From: Daphnia carinata
Taxonomy: Eukaryota
Length of the DNA stretch: 64,000 nucleotides
Assembly: GCF_022539665.2 (NCBI RefSeq)
Contig: NC_081331.1
Span: forward strand, 1 to 64,000
Direction of reading: 5' to 3'
A program made the translations under genes and the position numbers. The notes beneath the pieces were generated by a model. It was not told where the DNA came from, did no database searches, and saw nothing but the letters and a program-made list of their open reading frames with translations. The stretch's first letter is position 1. Each line of letters opens with the position of its first letter. This document shows positions 26,729-39,795 of the stretch, one piece after another.

Positions 26729-27494
26729 ATCTTTGCGTTCGCTACACGTCTTTAAGATTCTAAAATTACCAAAACTGGATTAAATGCCAAATAGAACTTC
26801 GCCAATATGAAATTATCAAATATATATACTGGTATTTTCGGTTTACTTACTAACTTTCCGCGCATACAACACTGAACTTCATGTGCACTTGTGCAGACAT
26901 GTAAGACAGCGTTGCAAAGTATCGAATTGGTAAAAGGAAAGGGGAAGGTTAAGGAAGAAAGACTTGGGTCAGATTAACCGCCCTGCTTCGAACGGGTCGG
27001 GTTTTGTTGAGCGGGTTGTTCTTTTCCGTTTATGGGGCAGGTTGAACGGGTTATTACCCCATCATGTTTTTATCGGGTTGTCACTCATTGTACACTAACC
27101 GATCACAAGCAATTAATTGTTTTCATATTGCTATTTTTCAAGTCATCATTCAATATTCAAAATACAGCAGTAATGTATTTGGTTTTACGATAGCAGTTAG
27201 TGTTTTGCAAACCTGCAGCAAACAAATACTTGGCTTGTAACCTATGTAAGTAGGGCTACATTACCTAAACCACTAATCCCAACCCGGTGCATTAAGTCGA
27301 ATACAAGCCGTGAACGATCCGTGGGGTGCCGGTGTAGTGAAATTGCGTGCTCAGTAAAAGGTAAAATCATAAGCAATAATGCTTGAGGGAAAATAATGGG
27401 AGGGAAAAAGGAACGAAGCAAACACATCTATCAATCACACAAATCACAATATGAAATAAAGTAAGTGAAAGCCAATTTGGCAATACTCAACCGT

Positions 27495-29050
27495 ACCATC
27501 TTCATTTCCATCGTCCTAATGGGCGTGAATCTCGGGGCTGGGCGACGACCCTCATTCCTCCAACGACGATCCACGACGTCTAGTGGTCCTCTTCGGTGGT
27601 GGAGGGACCCTCCTAGGTACGTAAAAAAAACTATGGTTAAACACTAAATAAAAAAATATATACCTGAATATACGTGGCGACGATCTCGGTCCTCTTCGAC
27701 CTCCAACGTCTTCTTCGGCGGTGGTGGGACCCTCCTAAATACATAAAAACAGGAACATGGCGTAAAACTTTAAACTTTCAATTTCATACTTGGCAAAATT
27801 GGGCAACAATTACCGTAGCTCCGACGCCGAACCTCATTGCCCTGTGGCCTCTTCAGTGGTGATGTAGGCCATTCTAAATACATACAAAAAGAACGATTAG
27901 ACAATTAAGCGTGTAAACATATACCTGCTACATCCATGGCGAAGATTTCGTTGCTCCAGCGGCGATTCTCGATGCCCAGCATCCTCTTCGATGGTGGTAG
28001 GGCCCTCCTAAATAAATAAAAACAAAGTTAGATCATAGTGTAACGCTTAAAATTTACAAAAAAATACTTGACAATTTTGGGCGACGATCATGGTGACTCC
28101 GACAGCGTCCTACATCCTTTTCAATGGTGGCGGAGCCCTCCTAAAAACATAAAAACAAAATAAAATCATGGTGTAAAACTTAAAACTTTCAATTAAATAC
28201 TTGATAATTTTGGGCGACAATTATGATGCCTCCGACGACGAACCTCGTTGTCCAGTGGTTCTCCTTAGCGATGATGCAACCCTCTAAAATACCAAGAAAA
28301 ACATGGTTAGACAATTTAACGTGTAAAACATATACCTGTAACATCTATGACGACGATGTCGGTGCTCCAGCATCCTCTTCGGCGGTGGTGCAGCCCTCTT
28401 ACATACATAAAAAATAAACACGATTAAGCACTTGAACGATTTTTAAACAATACCTCAATACCCGTGCCTCTCGTTGCTCCAGCGGCTTCCTCTTCGATGG
28501 TGATGTAGCCCTCCTAAATGTATAAAAACAAAATAAAACCATAATTCAAAACTTAAAACTTTTAATGAAATACTTGACAATTTTGGGCGACGATCGAGGT
28601 GGCTCCGACGGCGAACCTCGTTGTCCAGTGGCTTTCTTCGATTATGTGGACCACTCTAAATACATAAAAAAAACGATTAGACATCTAAAGTTGTTAAAGC
28701 AATACCTGGTAACCCTTGGCGACTTCGGCGGCGATTCCCGGTGTCCAGTAATCCTCCTCAGTAGTGTTACCAGCCCTCCTAGACACAGATAAATACATAG
28801 AACATGATAAAACACTTAGAATTGTTAAATACCTTGCAATTTTGGGCTAGGATTCTGGCGGTGACCTTCGTTGCCCAACGGTCCCCCTTCGGTGGTGATG
28901 TGGCCCTCCTAGATATATAAGATTTAAAACAAATACATAGATACAAAATCTTTTATTGTATACCTCGGAATCCTGGGCGATATTCCAGTGGCTGCGGGGC
29001 TATCCTCGTTGCCCAATGTCCTCTTCGGCCACAGAGATTGCACTCCTGTA
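27495..29050 (-). repeat. Mirror copy of the exon/intron-like module array
   Basis: Reverse complement of 17860-19470, with recurring atacc...ccctcctaa units. Confidence 0.75.
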
Positions 29051-32000
29051 TGTATGCAAGGGGCAAAAATAAAAAAAAATAAAAATTTTTCGATATTGGA
29101 ACAGCACCATGTTTCATCTTAATTCTAACAGGCACCAAGTACACAATTACAGTTACATTGGATAAAAAGTTCCTGAAAAAAGAAATTGTTTATTAATAGT
29201 TAAAGAGTCAGGAGGTTGTTTGGATTGGGTTTGGCTTGTTCAAGTGTAAACTGTGTGAATTAGAAACGTGCAAATGTTCGTAGTAAAATTATTTTCGAAC
29301 GATTACGGTAAATAATTACATGAAACAGTGGAAGAAAATGGCTGAGATAGTGTTGTGCCTAAGTAACGAAGTGAGGTGGACTACGCTTTACGCCTTACTT
29401 AAAGTAGCATTAATTTTAACTTTAGATTTACTTATCCTTAACTTAACTGTAGATTTACTTATCCTAAACTTAATCTACGTTTATCTATTTCATCTAGAAT
29501 TATCGTACTCCCCAACTAAATAAAACCAGTGCAGAGACTAAACCAGGTGCCGATGCAGTGCGTTATTAGAGCGTAATTGATGAATCTACGATTTACGAGA
29601 GCTGAGAACACGTGCTAAAGTGCTAAGAATAATTAGACGTGGATTGTAAGCAACAAATCTACACCAGTGCACCGCGTGCAGGTGAAAGAGCTACTGAGCT
29701 GCTAGATTCTTTTTTTTTCTTCCTCTCCCCCCCCCCTTTTTTGTGAATGCCCGAGGTTCTTCATCTGTTTTAGGCACTTGGAAACAAAAAAAAAATCAAA
29801 GTAACGTAAGGTCTATTGATAAGGAATGGCTATAACCTTGGGCTCACCTGGAAATAAAAATTTGCCCTTCAACCTATCGACCTTCAGAATTAGGTCCCTC
29901 TACCCTACACTATACTTCCGGGAACGCAATAATGTGACACGTGTCTGCGAGTATTTAAGGCGTCGTCTAGACGCTAGATATTCACATTCGTACGGAGTCT
30001 TGCCTATACAAGTGTACCACAACTACAACACCGTCGTCGATCGATTCGCCTGTCAGGTAAGTTGAATTTACGTTAACTGTCTTTAATTGTAGAAAGTATG
30101 AGGATTTTAATTATGATTAAATTAGTTCTAAATCTATGTTAGACACCAAATAGTATACAAATGTACCACAACTATAATACCATCATCGATCAATTCGCTT
30201 GTAAGGTAAGTTGAATTTATGCTAACATGCTTCATTGTCTTCTTCAGTTGTAGAAAGTAAGAAGATATCAACTTTGTTTAAATTAGCTCTAGATCTATGT
30301 TAGTAAACTAATTTTGAATTAATTCAAACTGTTACCAATAGTACAACTTTTCTTTAGGTTGTTCAGTCCTTTTGTGATTAGGTGCTGAATAGTTTACTCT
30401 GGCTCACCTTTCAAACTGCATAAAGTGAAGAATTGAACATTAAGTTTCAATAATTATTTAAAATATTTATAGTACCATCTTGTATTCATTATATCTGCTG
30501 GTTTCATCATTACTGTTATACATCCTAATATCATGTTCGTTAATTCACACCATTGAACTGCTACCCCTGAATGTAAATAAAAATTATTAAGCATTGACAA
30601 TCTTATATTAATCACCTGCAAATCACTATTAAAATGTATCCTCTGCACATGTGAGTCTACATGATAATTTGAATGTTCTGACTTTGAACAAAAATTAATT
30701 TGATCATTGTTAAACACCGAGCATTCAAATGTGTTTGTTGTTGTCGATTACAACACAATCGATAGAAGAAAAATAAAACAAAATATAATAATAATAAATT
30801 TTACAGAATTTTACAGAATAGAAAATAAAACTTAATTACTCAGAAATAAAATAACAGATGAAAATAGCCAATGTCTGTTCACAAACTAGATAATTGTCCA
30901 ACCAATTACCAACATTGCAACATTTCCTATTAAATATTTATGAAAGTGCAATAATTCCTGTCGAAGACTTATAATAATAAAAATGGGGAAAGGCCCCACC
31001 TACATTACGATCAAATTCAGTAGGAAAACTAAACATTCATAATGACATGTAGAAAACTATAAATTTACTAACCTTTAATATTCATTGTTGCTAGTTACAA
31101 ATTTATAACACATTTATCCTTCCGAAGTAATGTTATGCAAAGCCAAATTATTCTGAGCACTGCGAAAATGTGTTTGTAATTCTGGTCAGCCTGTAATAAA
31201 ATATAACAATTTACTTATAATATTACAACTATATTTAGAAATGAATATATAAAATATAAATAAAACTAGATATAGCAATCCAAATGTCCTAACATTAAAA
31301 TTCCAATATTTCATGTTCCAGCTACATTCAGCGGCTAAAAAGACAATTTATAATAAAAGTGGAAAGGTATTGTATAAAAGAATGACTCTCCTGCCCTGCA
31401 ACCACAATCTTTACACAACCCTACAACTATCTAAAAGCAAAACAAAGATCTCACTTGAAAATGACATGGGGAAGTTTTAACAAAACAAATCAATATGGTT
31501 ACCTGTATAGTTTTGTCATCGCTTGCTCCTAAGATTCTCTCCACGGCATCCATAATGACAAGGAGAAAACTATAGATTTCATGACAATATTGATGTTCAT
31601 TGCATCTAGTTAAGAATTTGAAACAAACCTGTGCTTTAGTTCTTCTTTCTTCACAATTTTCTTCTCTTGGCTTAGCTTGTTTTCAGGATTCTCATTCAAT
31701 GGTAGAAATTTGATTTCAAATGCTGCAATGAAATTATTACAATAAAGATTTTCTTGGGCTCCCAAGTATTTCCATTGTTTGAAACACCAATGCCTATCAG
31801 CAAATACCCAAATTCACCATCCTTCTCCTAATATGATATTTCAGATTCAGTTATAATCACAAGAAGGTCAATTTATATTAACATATTAAAGTAAGATAAA
31901 TATCCAAACTAACCTCAGACCGAGAGTATTCCCAACAATGCATTCTTCATCGTCCATGTCACTGAATGGAGATGAAGCCTGATTTGACACCTTTTTTCCT

Positions 32001-32459
32001 TCATTATTTCAGGCATGACAAAAATCACTTGGATTAGGAAGGCTACGGCGGACGGATCCACATTTTTAACCTCACCTTGCTTATGCGGGATGTTTACTCA
32101 GAGAAGAAAACTGCACTTTTGAGTACCATGCTTCATTTTTGTCTGACAAGAGATAAACAGCATTTCTCAGACAAGACAATGAACGCAAATTACTTGTTGG
32201 AATCTACGGGTTAAGTTATACGTTAACCCTAACCTATGTTAAGTTACCGGACATATTTTTTCTTACCTCTTGCCTAAAAATTTTGCGCCCAAATGAAGAA
32301 AGCCTTTTTCTTTTTTGTCAGTTAAGCGCCAGAAAATGCCTCATGCTTTGTTGCCATACTTTTCCAAATAAACCGTAATGCGAAACGAAAGCAGTAGTCG
32401 GGTCTCAACACCAGATGGGCTGTGATCCGGGGCTCACAATGTCACAACTCTGCCCCATG

Positions 32460-32575
32460 CCTGGAATGGGCCAATCACGGGAAGATGGAGACATTTTCTA
32501 CACCGGGGCGGTGGCGGGGCTCGGTTCCTGGGTCAGACCGATAACCCTGTCGTCATTTTAGAAGATGGCGGATTC
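32460..32575. promoter_or_regulatory. GC-rich promoter-like island (CCAAT, GC box, YY1-like AAGATGGCGG); copy at ~49645-49755
   Basis: gggccaatcac, ccggggcgg and aagatggcgg are clustered in AT-rich surroundings. Confidence 0.4.
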
Positions 32576-34093
32576 AATGAAACCACATTATAAAAAAAGC
32601 CAAGGAAACATATTCATTTTCTCGCCACTTCAGCTGTTGCTGTAACAAACGAAGGAAATGACCATGGGAATTTGTTCGTCTTTTCCTTGCTTGCTGACTT
32701 GAAGAAACAACCCAAATTACATTTATTTGAAATGCAATTATGACTCAAACTGTGGTGCAATAGACAGTGAGCAATCCTACCAAGAGAATAACAACTGGCT
32801 GATACGCCCAAGCTTATCTTGAAACGAAACAAACAAATGTACAGAACACAAGTAGATACCAAACAGAAATCTTATTATCTGGCTGAACTTGGGTTGAGGT
32901 AAACAACTTGTCAATAAAAATTGCGAAACGTGCATTAAAATTAAAGAACCAACGCGTCCTATCTCGAGGCAACGTCGAGTTTGTTTGCTTCAGCTAAACA
33001 CATCCACTCTATCCGTGAGATGGGAAAAGTTATATAAATCACCTTCTGACATTTAGGATTTGGTGATAATGTTCATCGTGGCAAATAGGCTGGGAAAATT
33101 CGAGAACTGAATTAAGCATTTACAGGGCAAATGATTTGGGTTGAGATGGCACTCCTGTACATGGCTTACGTCTTGCGCATTTTGTACTCAATTCGAATGC
33201 GGCCGAAAAGAAGAATTGCATGCCGTTTGAAAGAAGAGTTATATTATCAGCAACTTCACCGGTCCTTCGCTTTTAACTATATCTTTCATGAATCGGGTTG
33301 CGCTAGTTGTCCTCCATCTTCAACAGCTGCGTCTAAGGTAATCAGTGTTGGTTTTATTTGGACCGTATCAAACGAGGCAGTGAACTGAGATTCACTTGTG
33401 CCAAACCGATGGTGGGTTTCGCACGCGGCTTTGTCACGCGGCTTTAAGCAAAAATATTTCCAACGGGTTCACCGAAAACAGTTGTAATTTCAAGTTGTTT
33501 CGCCTTCCGGTTGGCGTCACCTACAGCGCCAACAAATATAATTTAATAAATAGCCCAGGTTCATTATAGAAATAAAGCAGACGATATTCACCGCATATTT
33601 AGATGAAAAGAAAAGAAGGGGGGAAGCTTCAGGAAAGATAACGAGAAAATAATGCGATAAGGTATACGTGTCGAAAGTGAACAGTGCAGAGGGCAATTAG
33701 TCAAACTAGGATAAAATGCTTTACACGCAGAAAGCGTTGAAAGAAACGATTGAGATACACTGAACGAATTATTAATTCGATGCAGATCATTTGACTAGCT
33801 CTCGTCAACGAGAAAAACGTCCCGTAAAAATGATTTGACGTCATTTTAAGGAGCAAATGAAAAAGCCTTGCTGACATTTCACAGGGATCAACAGGTAGAC
33901 GACGCGATAACACATCATTATCTGCATTGGACTCGTCAGTTATATTTTATGCTTTACAGACAGATAAACTGACTGATAAACTCAAAGCGATTTCGGGATG
34001 CAAGTGAGGGTTGTCCAGTGTTAAACGGTATTTTCCAATAGAAGCTCGTACAAGTTCTTGTCTCGCTAGTCTGGGTTTGCAATTAAGTCTAAA

Positions 34094-35809
34094 ATGTCAT
34101 CGACTACTGCCGTAAAGGTAGATGGCATCGAATTTGAGCGCAGTGATCTTTTGGGTTGCGGTGGCTTCGGTTCAGTGCATCGTGGTAAATTTAAAAGTCA
34201 AAGCGTAGCAGTAAAAAAAATTATGAAGATAAATGGCAAAAATAAGGTAGTTGACAACGAGTTAAAAATTCTGCAGCAGTTAAATCATCCCAATATTGTT
34301 AAGTTCGTCCACTACGCAAGCGATGCCGACTTCTAGTAAGATTATTACGTAATAGCATTGAATTAAAAAGAGAATTTCATATGATTTTTGTGATTCAGTG
34401 ACTTTGCCTTGGAACTGTGCGACGCGTCATTAGATACGGTATTCCTAAATGAGGACGATCCTCGGAAATATAAAGGACCTGCATTACCAAATAATTTCGA
34501 GGTTTTCTCTCAAATAGCCACTGGTCTCAAACACATTCATTCTGAGAACCTAATCCACCGGGACATTAAACCGGAAAACATTCTCATTTCTGTGAAACAA
34601 ACTAAACAAGGGAATGACATAACGATCAAGTTGGCTGATTTTGGATTGTCACGAAAAGTGAGTGACCAACGAACATTCACAATGAGTGAACTCAGAGGGA
34701 CTCTAGTTTGGTTTTCTCCCGAAGAGATGGAAATCATGGGCAGAGACGTAAGCATTGAAAAAACTAAAGGCTCACACAAAAGCGACGTTTACGCAGAGGG
34801 CCTCTTATTCGGTTATATCCTCTTGAAAGGAAGACATATCTACGGTGAAAATCAATATGATATTGTGGTGAACATGAAGCAGAAAAATTTAGCCAATATG
34901 AGTGGTAAGTTACCTCTTGAGGCAGAACATCTAACGTAACCATAATAGTTAAATGTCTAAATCTTTTGAACAATAGAAATTCACCAGACACATTTAGCAC
35001 GTAACTTAATAGAACAAATGCTGAACAACACACCTGATACTAGAATTATATCTGAAGAAGTTGTTAATCAGCTTGAAGCCATAAATATCAAAGTAAGCAA
35101 TTCACACAAGTTTAACACCTTCTTCGTCAGTGAAATTTTAGTTTTCTAACAAAGGTTTTCCATTTAGCTTAGCGAAAAGGAAAAAAAGCTTCATCAGCTG
35201 TCTACATGTCCCACAACAGATTGTAGGAATAAAATCGAATCTTTAATGCAACTCGGTGTCGACTTAAACGCAAAGGATGACGATGGATGGAATGCGCTTC
35301 ATCTTTTGTGTTCTAACGATTCAAGCCCACATTTAATCCATGCGATTCAACTCTTCATCGAACTCGGCATCGACAAGGGCGCAAAGATCAACGATGGATC
35401 GAATGCGCTTCATCTTTTGTGTTCTAACAATTCAAGCCCACATTTAATCGATGCGATTAAACTCTTGATTGAACTCGGCATCGACAAAAATGCAAAAACA
35501 AACTATGGATCGAATGCGCTTCATCTTTTGTGTTCTAACAATTCAGGCCCACATTTCATCGATGCGATTAAACTCTTGATCAAATTCGGCATCGACAAAA
35601 ACGCAAAAACCAACGATGGATGGAATGCGCTTCATCTTTCGTGTGAATACAGTTCAAGCCCACACATAATCGATGCGATTAAACTTTTGATTGAGCTCGG
35701 TATTGACAAAAACGCAAAAACCTTCTTTGGATGGAATGCATACGATCTGAGTCGGCGCAATAAAAATCTTACAAACTACAACCTGTACGAAATCTTTAAA
35801 ATCGGATGA
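34094..35809 (+). CDS. Ser/Thr protein kinase (IRE1-like kinase domain, no KEN/RNase) with C-terminal 37-aa ankyrin repeats; 4 exons 34094-34335, 34399-34904, 34977-35092, 35168-35809; 501 aa
   Basis: Motifs GCGGFG, VAVK, LELC, HRDIKPEN, DFG and SPE. GT-AG introns join in frame (1506 nt). Four GxNALHLxC repeats plus a terminal repeat. Confidence 0.92.
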
Positions 35810-36679
35810 GGTGAATTTTCGTAGATATTATTTATGGTATTTACATGGATGTCAAGGTTGTTTGGAAAGTCACAAAACGCGCTACGTTGCAATAAATGAT
35901 ATTCTCGGCAAAATATAGCTAACTACATAAATTGATCAATCGCAAAGAGTATTCATTTCGAACTGTAATGTCAACGCATGTAAGTTAAATAAATTAACAC
36001 TCGAAAAAAAAATAAGGTATTGGTCGATGGACTACCTCACAAAGTAAGGCGCATCACATCAGCTATAACCAGATTAAGGCGAAACTTATAACCTAAGTGA
36101 ATGGACGTGTTTGAGGAGACGTAACGAAAAATTGATCCCTTTCTTTTAGTAATTACTTCCTTGATAAGGAAACAACTAGTTGTTTTCATCCTCTCCTCTC
36201 GATCATTCCCTTGCCTATTATTGCAACCATAATAAGAAATATTTTTGCTTTACACAATTAAACGTAGGCATTAAACTGTCTAACTTGTCTGCGGAAAACA
36301 GCTTTCTCCGTTTGCTAAGCCAACTGTAAAAAGAACGACCACACGTCCACCAACACAACTCTGTTATGGTTGGACACCGCCAGTTTGGGAGAAACATGAG
36401 TCATTCGGTGAAACTGGTGTTATGCATATGAGAACTAAAGGGCGATCCATTTCTATATCAACAACACGAAGCCAAACGGTATGTAATGTGGCATTCTAAA
36501 ACGCCGACAATTATTCGCAATAGTTAATGAAGTTGAAGCAAACATATTAGGGGCGTAAAATTATCGAGGAATGCAGCCTTAACAGGGAAGATGAGTGTGA
36601 AATTTCAACAACAAACACATAGCCACAATATGAATTGAAATTTGCGAAAGTCAAATAAGTAGTGTCGTAAAGGAAACCG

Positions 36680-37682
36680 ACTCAACTTTGTTCCTAATCC
36701 ATTTACATAATACAGAGTGCAACGAAGGATGGAAAGCGCTCCTCATTTCGTGGCAAACCGATCAAGCGGCTTGAAAAGGAACGGAATGGATGATAGGTCT
36801 GTGCTTTGTCACGATAGAATAAACCTTCACTTAAAATATTTGTTTGTAAAAATCCGAGGAAAACGCACAAAAATCTTGAGGAATTTGATACTTTATACAA
36901 TCTAACGCACGAGCATAGCTCTAAAGATTTGCAATATGTAAAGCCCTAACACAAAAACTTACCTGGAAATGCACCATATATAGTTTTCGTTAAAAGAGGG
37001 TAATCTGCTGAACACCACACACATTTGAGATTTCAACTCTCTCCGCTTTAAATGATGAACTGCTTTGTGGCCCATTGTCAACTGACGTGTAAACATTCGA
37101 GCACTGATGGACAATCAGCGTGTGGTATGACGATGTTTCCATGGTTTAGATCATTGGCCGGTTTCAAAACCAAGTTTGCCAGTTTCATCAGCAGAACTTG
37201 CTGCATTCAGCAACAAACTATGCAAAAAAAAATAGGCAAATAAAAAATCATCATTTAGTGAAAAAGAACGACATTATAAATATTTACCTTAATACTACAG
37301 GTTAACAAATGATTTGCAGGTGACTCTTCATTTCTAAAACATTTCCCCTCGCAACAAGCACATGTTGCAAGCAATATTGATCCAAAATTCCAAGTTTCTT
37401 ATGACGGCCATGAACCGAAAAGTATTGAAATCATCTTGCAAGCCTAGCCAAATGACCCACGCTCTGCCTGAGATGCAACTGTTTTTAGGACAGAAATGTA
37501 AAAATTTGCTTTCGTGTCAATAGACACGAATTGTATAAACCAATTACGTCATTGATACTATGCCAAATGTTCTTACCGGCTTTTGTGTACTGCAAAGAAG
37601 AGGTGACAACGCTCTCACATATTGGCGAAGAAGCAAAAGGAAAAGGTGAATGGTTTTGGGACATAAATTCAATACCGCACAT
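36680..37682 (-). pseudogene. Degenerate spliced coding-like remnant of unknown family; copies at ~54640-55644 and ~63540-64000
   Basis: Minus-strand splice signals (e.g. CAG|GTAAG at ~36962) and codon-like segments with stops lie downstream of a GC-rich island at ~37765-37830. No family recognised. Confidence 0.3.
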
Positions 37683-39795
37683 TGTCGCACTTCACCAGAG
37701 CAGAGACTAAAGCAAGAAGCACTATAGCAAAGCTGAGAATTAAAAAATTAAAAAATAGGCGTTTCATTACACAGCCGCCATCTATGGGTAAAAAGACAAA
37801 CCTTACGTCACAGCCGGGGCGGGTTTTTCATCGATTTCCATGACCGCTCAATCGAGATTTAAAAAAACAAATTCTCGTCGCCAAGGCGATGACAGTGTGA
37901 AAACAAACCGATATAAATCTTGGTCTCTTAGTGAAGAGTAGAGCTTAGATTTGATCGGTGCTAATCTCAGTTGTCTTTCGTCGATGCTTTAATTCAATAG
38001 TTTTACAGTAAGTGAGGTGGATTTACATATGTAAGTACATTTTCAATTATTAGATTTTTTTTTTATTACTGCGGATACCAATAAATTCAAATGAACCCAT
38101 ATACAAAAAAAAATGAGTAACTAGCAAATAATGGCACACGGGGACCAACAAGAAAGACGCCAAATAAATGAATGGCATGCCTGTTTCACAAAGATAACAC
38201 CCACGAAATTTTTTCTACAAACACTTCAGGCAATAAAATTCTAACCCTTTCAAGTTGGTCTCGATAGGGTATAATTTCCTATTTCAGTAAGGCACTCGGG
38301 CGGCGACCAGCGAACAAAGTGCCCATGTAAGGTCTAGCCGGATATGTTCAGGTTGATTTGGCTTTCGACACATTTGCTCTGGTGTGATTACCAACTCCTG
38401 CTGCAACCTGCGTTCCCATCGTTATATTAGTCATTCGTTGAGTCACTTGTTCCAATCCCGATCCTGCCATGATTAAGTACAGCAGCCGGACAGCCTACAA
38501 ATAGGACGAGATGATTGATAGAATTGAGCAATATAAATTTACCAAAATTTGTGTGCACAACTTAAGACCTACACTGGAATTCCTTTCGAGCTGCAAACGA
38601 CTCAGAAGGGATTAAGGAGTCACAAATATATTCGAATAATTAATGAATGCTTACATTTTCCCCAATTGCTTCGGCTATGAAATCAATCACCGTTCCAATA
38701 ACCCGCATTCTTCCTGAATATCTGCGAACACGAAAGCACACACTTAAAATATGACATGATGCATAGTTTGTAGAACTTTTGGAATTACTGGAGGTTAGTT
38801 TACAAGGTTAAAACCTAGGTAGGATTGGGAGCTAAAAGTTGATGTATTCTTCTCGATCAAAGGAGTTACATTTGATCAAAGCTCTTTACGTATTACGAAA
38901 CTTCTGTAAAAAGTAACATAAATGAATAGGCTAGTTTAAGTAAACCAAGACCCCAAGCCCGAAAAACCATTTAAAAAAAGGGAGAAGTATCACTTCAGCG
39001 TTAAATAATATAAAGACGTGGAGGAATAAAAGTGTGTTAATTGTCGCAAACCAAGAAAAAGCTTTCGAAGGGGCCGAAAAGTATTGCAAAAAGAAAAGAG
39101 AAATGTGCGCCTCACCTGATATAAACCCATGTACAGAGAGTCACCAGAGTCAAGCCCGTCATGAGGTTGGCTAAGTTGGCCAAAGGATATAGGCCCAGTA
39201 AGCCTAGGAATCCAGACACAAAACAGAAAACGATTACAACCACAGACAAAGTAACTGGCGTTTTGAATGCACAGCGGCGACTGAATACTTATTTTTTGAT
39301 ACTTAAAAAAGGCCAGCGTACTAGATTTTTTTACTGTACTTAATGGAAATAGCATACTTAATTCCTAACTATACCTCCCTGCTTACTGAATAATTTAGTA
39401 GGCTACTAGGCTACTTAATTGTTTGGTGGATACTTAAAATTATTGCTTACTATTGAAATTATTTATAGGTAAAATAAAAAAATGTTATACAATTTTCAAA
39501 TTTTTATTGTTTCACTAATCACAAATGTATTTGCAATGAGATTGGTTACAAAAACAAACAGTCTTGGTTAAAAAAAGAAATGCAATGTAGCAAGTTCAAA
39601 AGATGGAAAAATTTCTGGGTAATAAAGTTTGGTGAATAACTTAGCCATTCACGGGAAACAAAAAAAAACGATCACATCCGCCAACGGAATGGCAATTGCA
39701 AAACTTCAGGTACGAAAACAAAAAAACATTCAAGAGAGCTTGACATAAATAAACAAAGGAAAAAATAACTTAACGATCCATAAAGCGCGCGGTAG

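Larger units (their letters stand above)
23900..31997 (-). repeat. Right arm of the palindrome, with ~1 kb of arm-specific sequence at ~29790-30775
   Basis: Colinear reverse-complement similarity to 15930-23245, lost at ~29790 and regained at ~30775. Confidence 0.92.

Noticed and set aside
32614..33560. Protein-coding gene upstream of the kinase (also at 49.8-50.7 kb and 60.1-60.9 kb)
   Set aside because: Frames are broken differently in each copy and no family was recognised; a decayed gene cannot be excluded.
34334..34336. Apparent premature TAG in kinase copies 1 and 2
   Set aside because: It is TA|gtaag at an intron donor; splicing gives TAT (Tyr).
34094..35809. True IRE1 or RNase L orthologue
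   Set aside because: No luminal, TM or KEN domain, and the ankyrin repeats are C-terminal.
37485..37682. Asparagine-synthetase-type Ntn protein suggested by the MCGI start
   Set aside because: Downstream RRGPD/NGEI-type motifs were not found.
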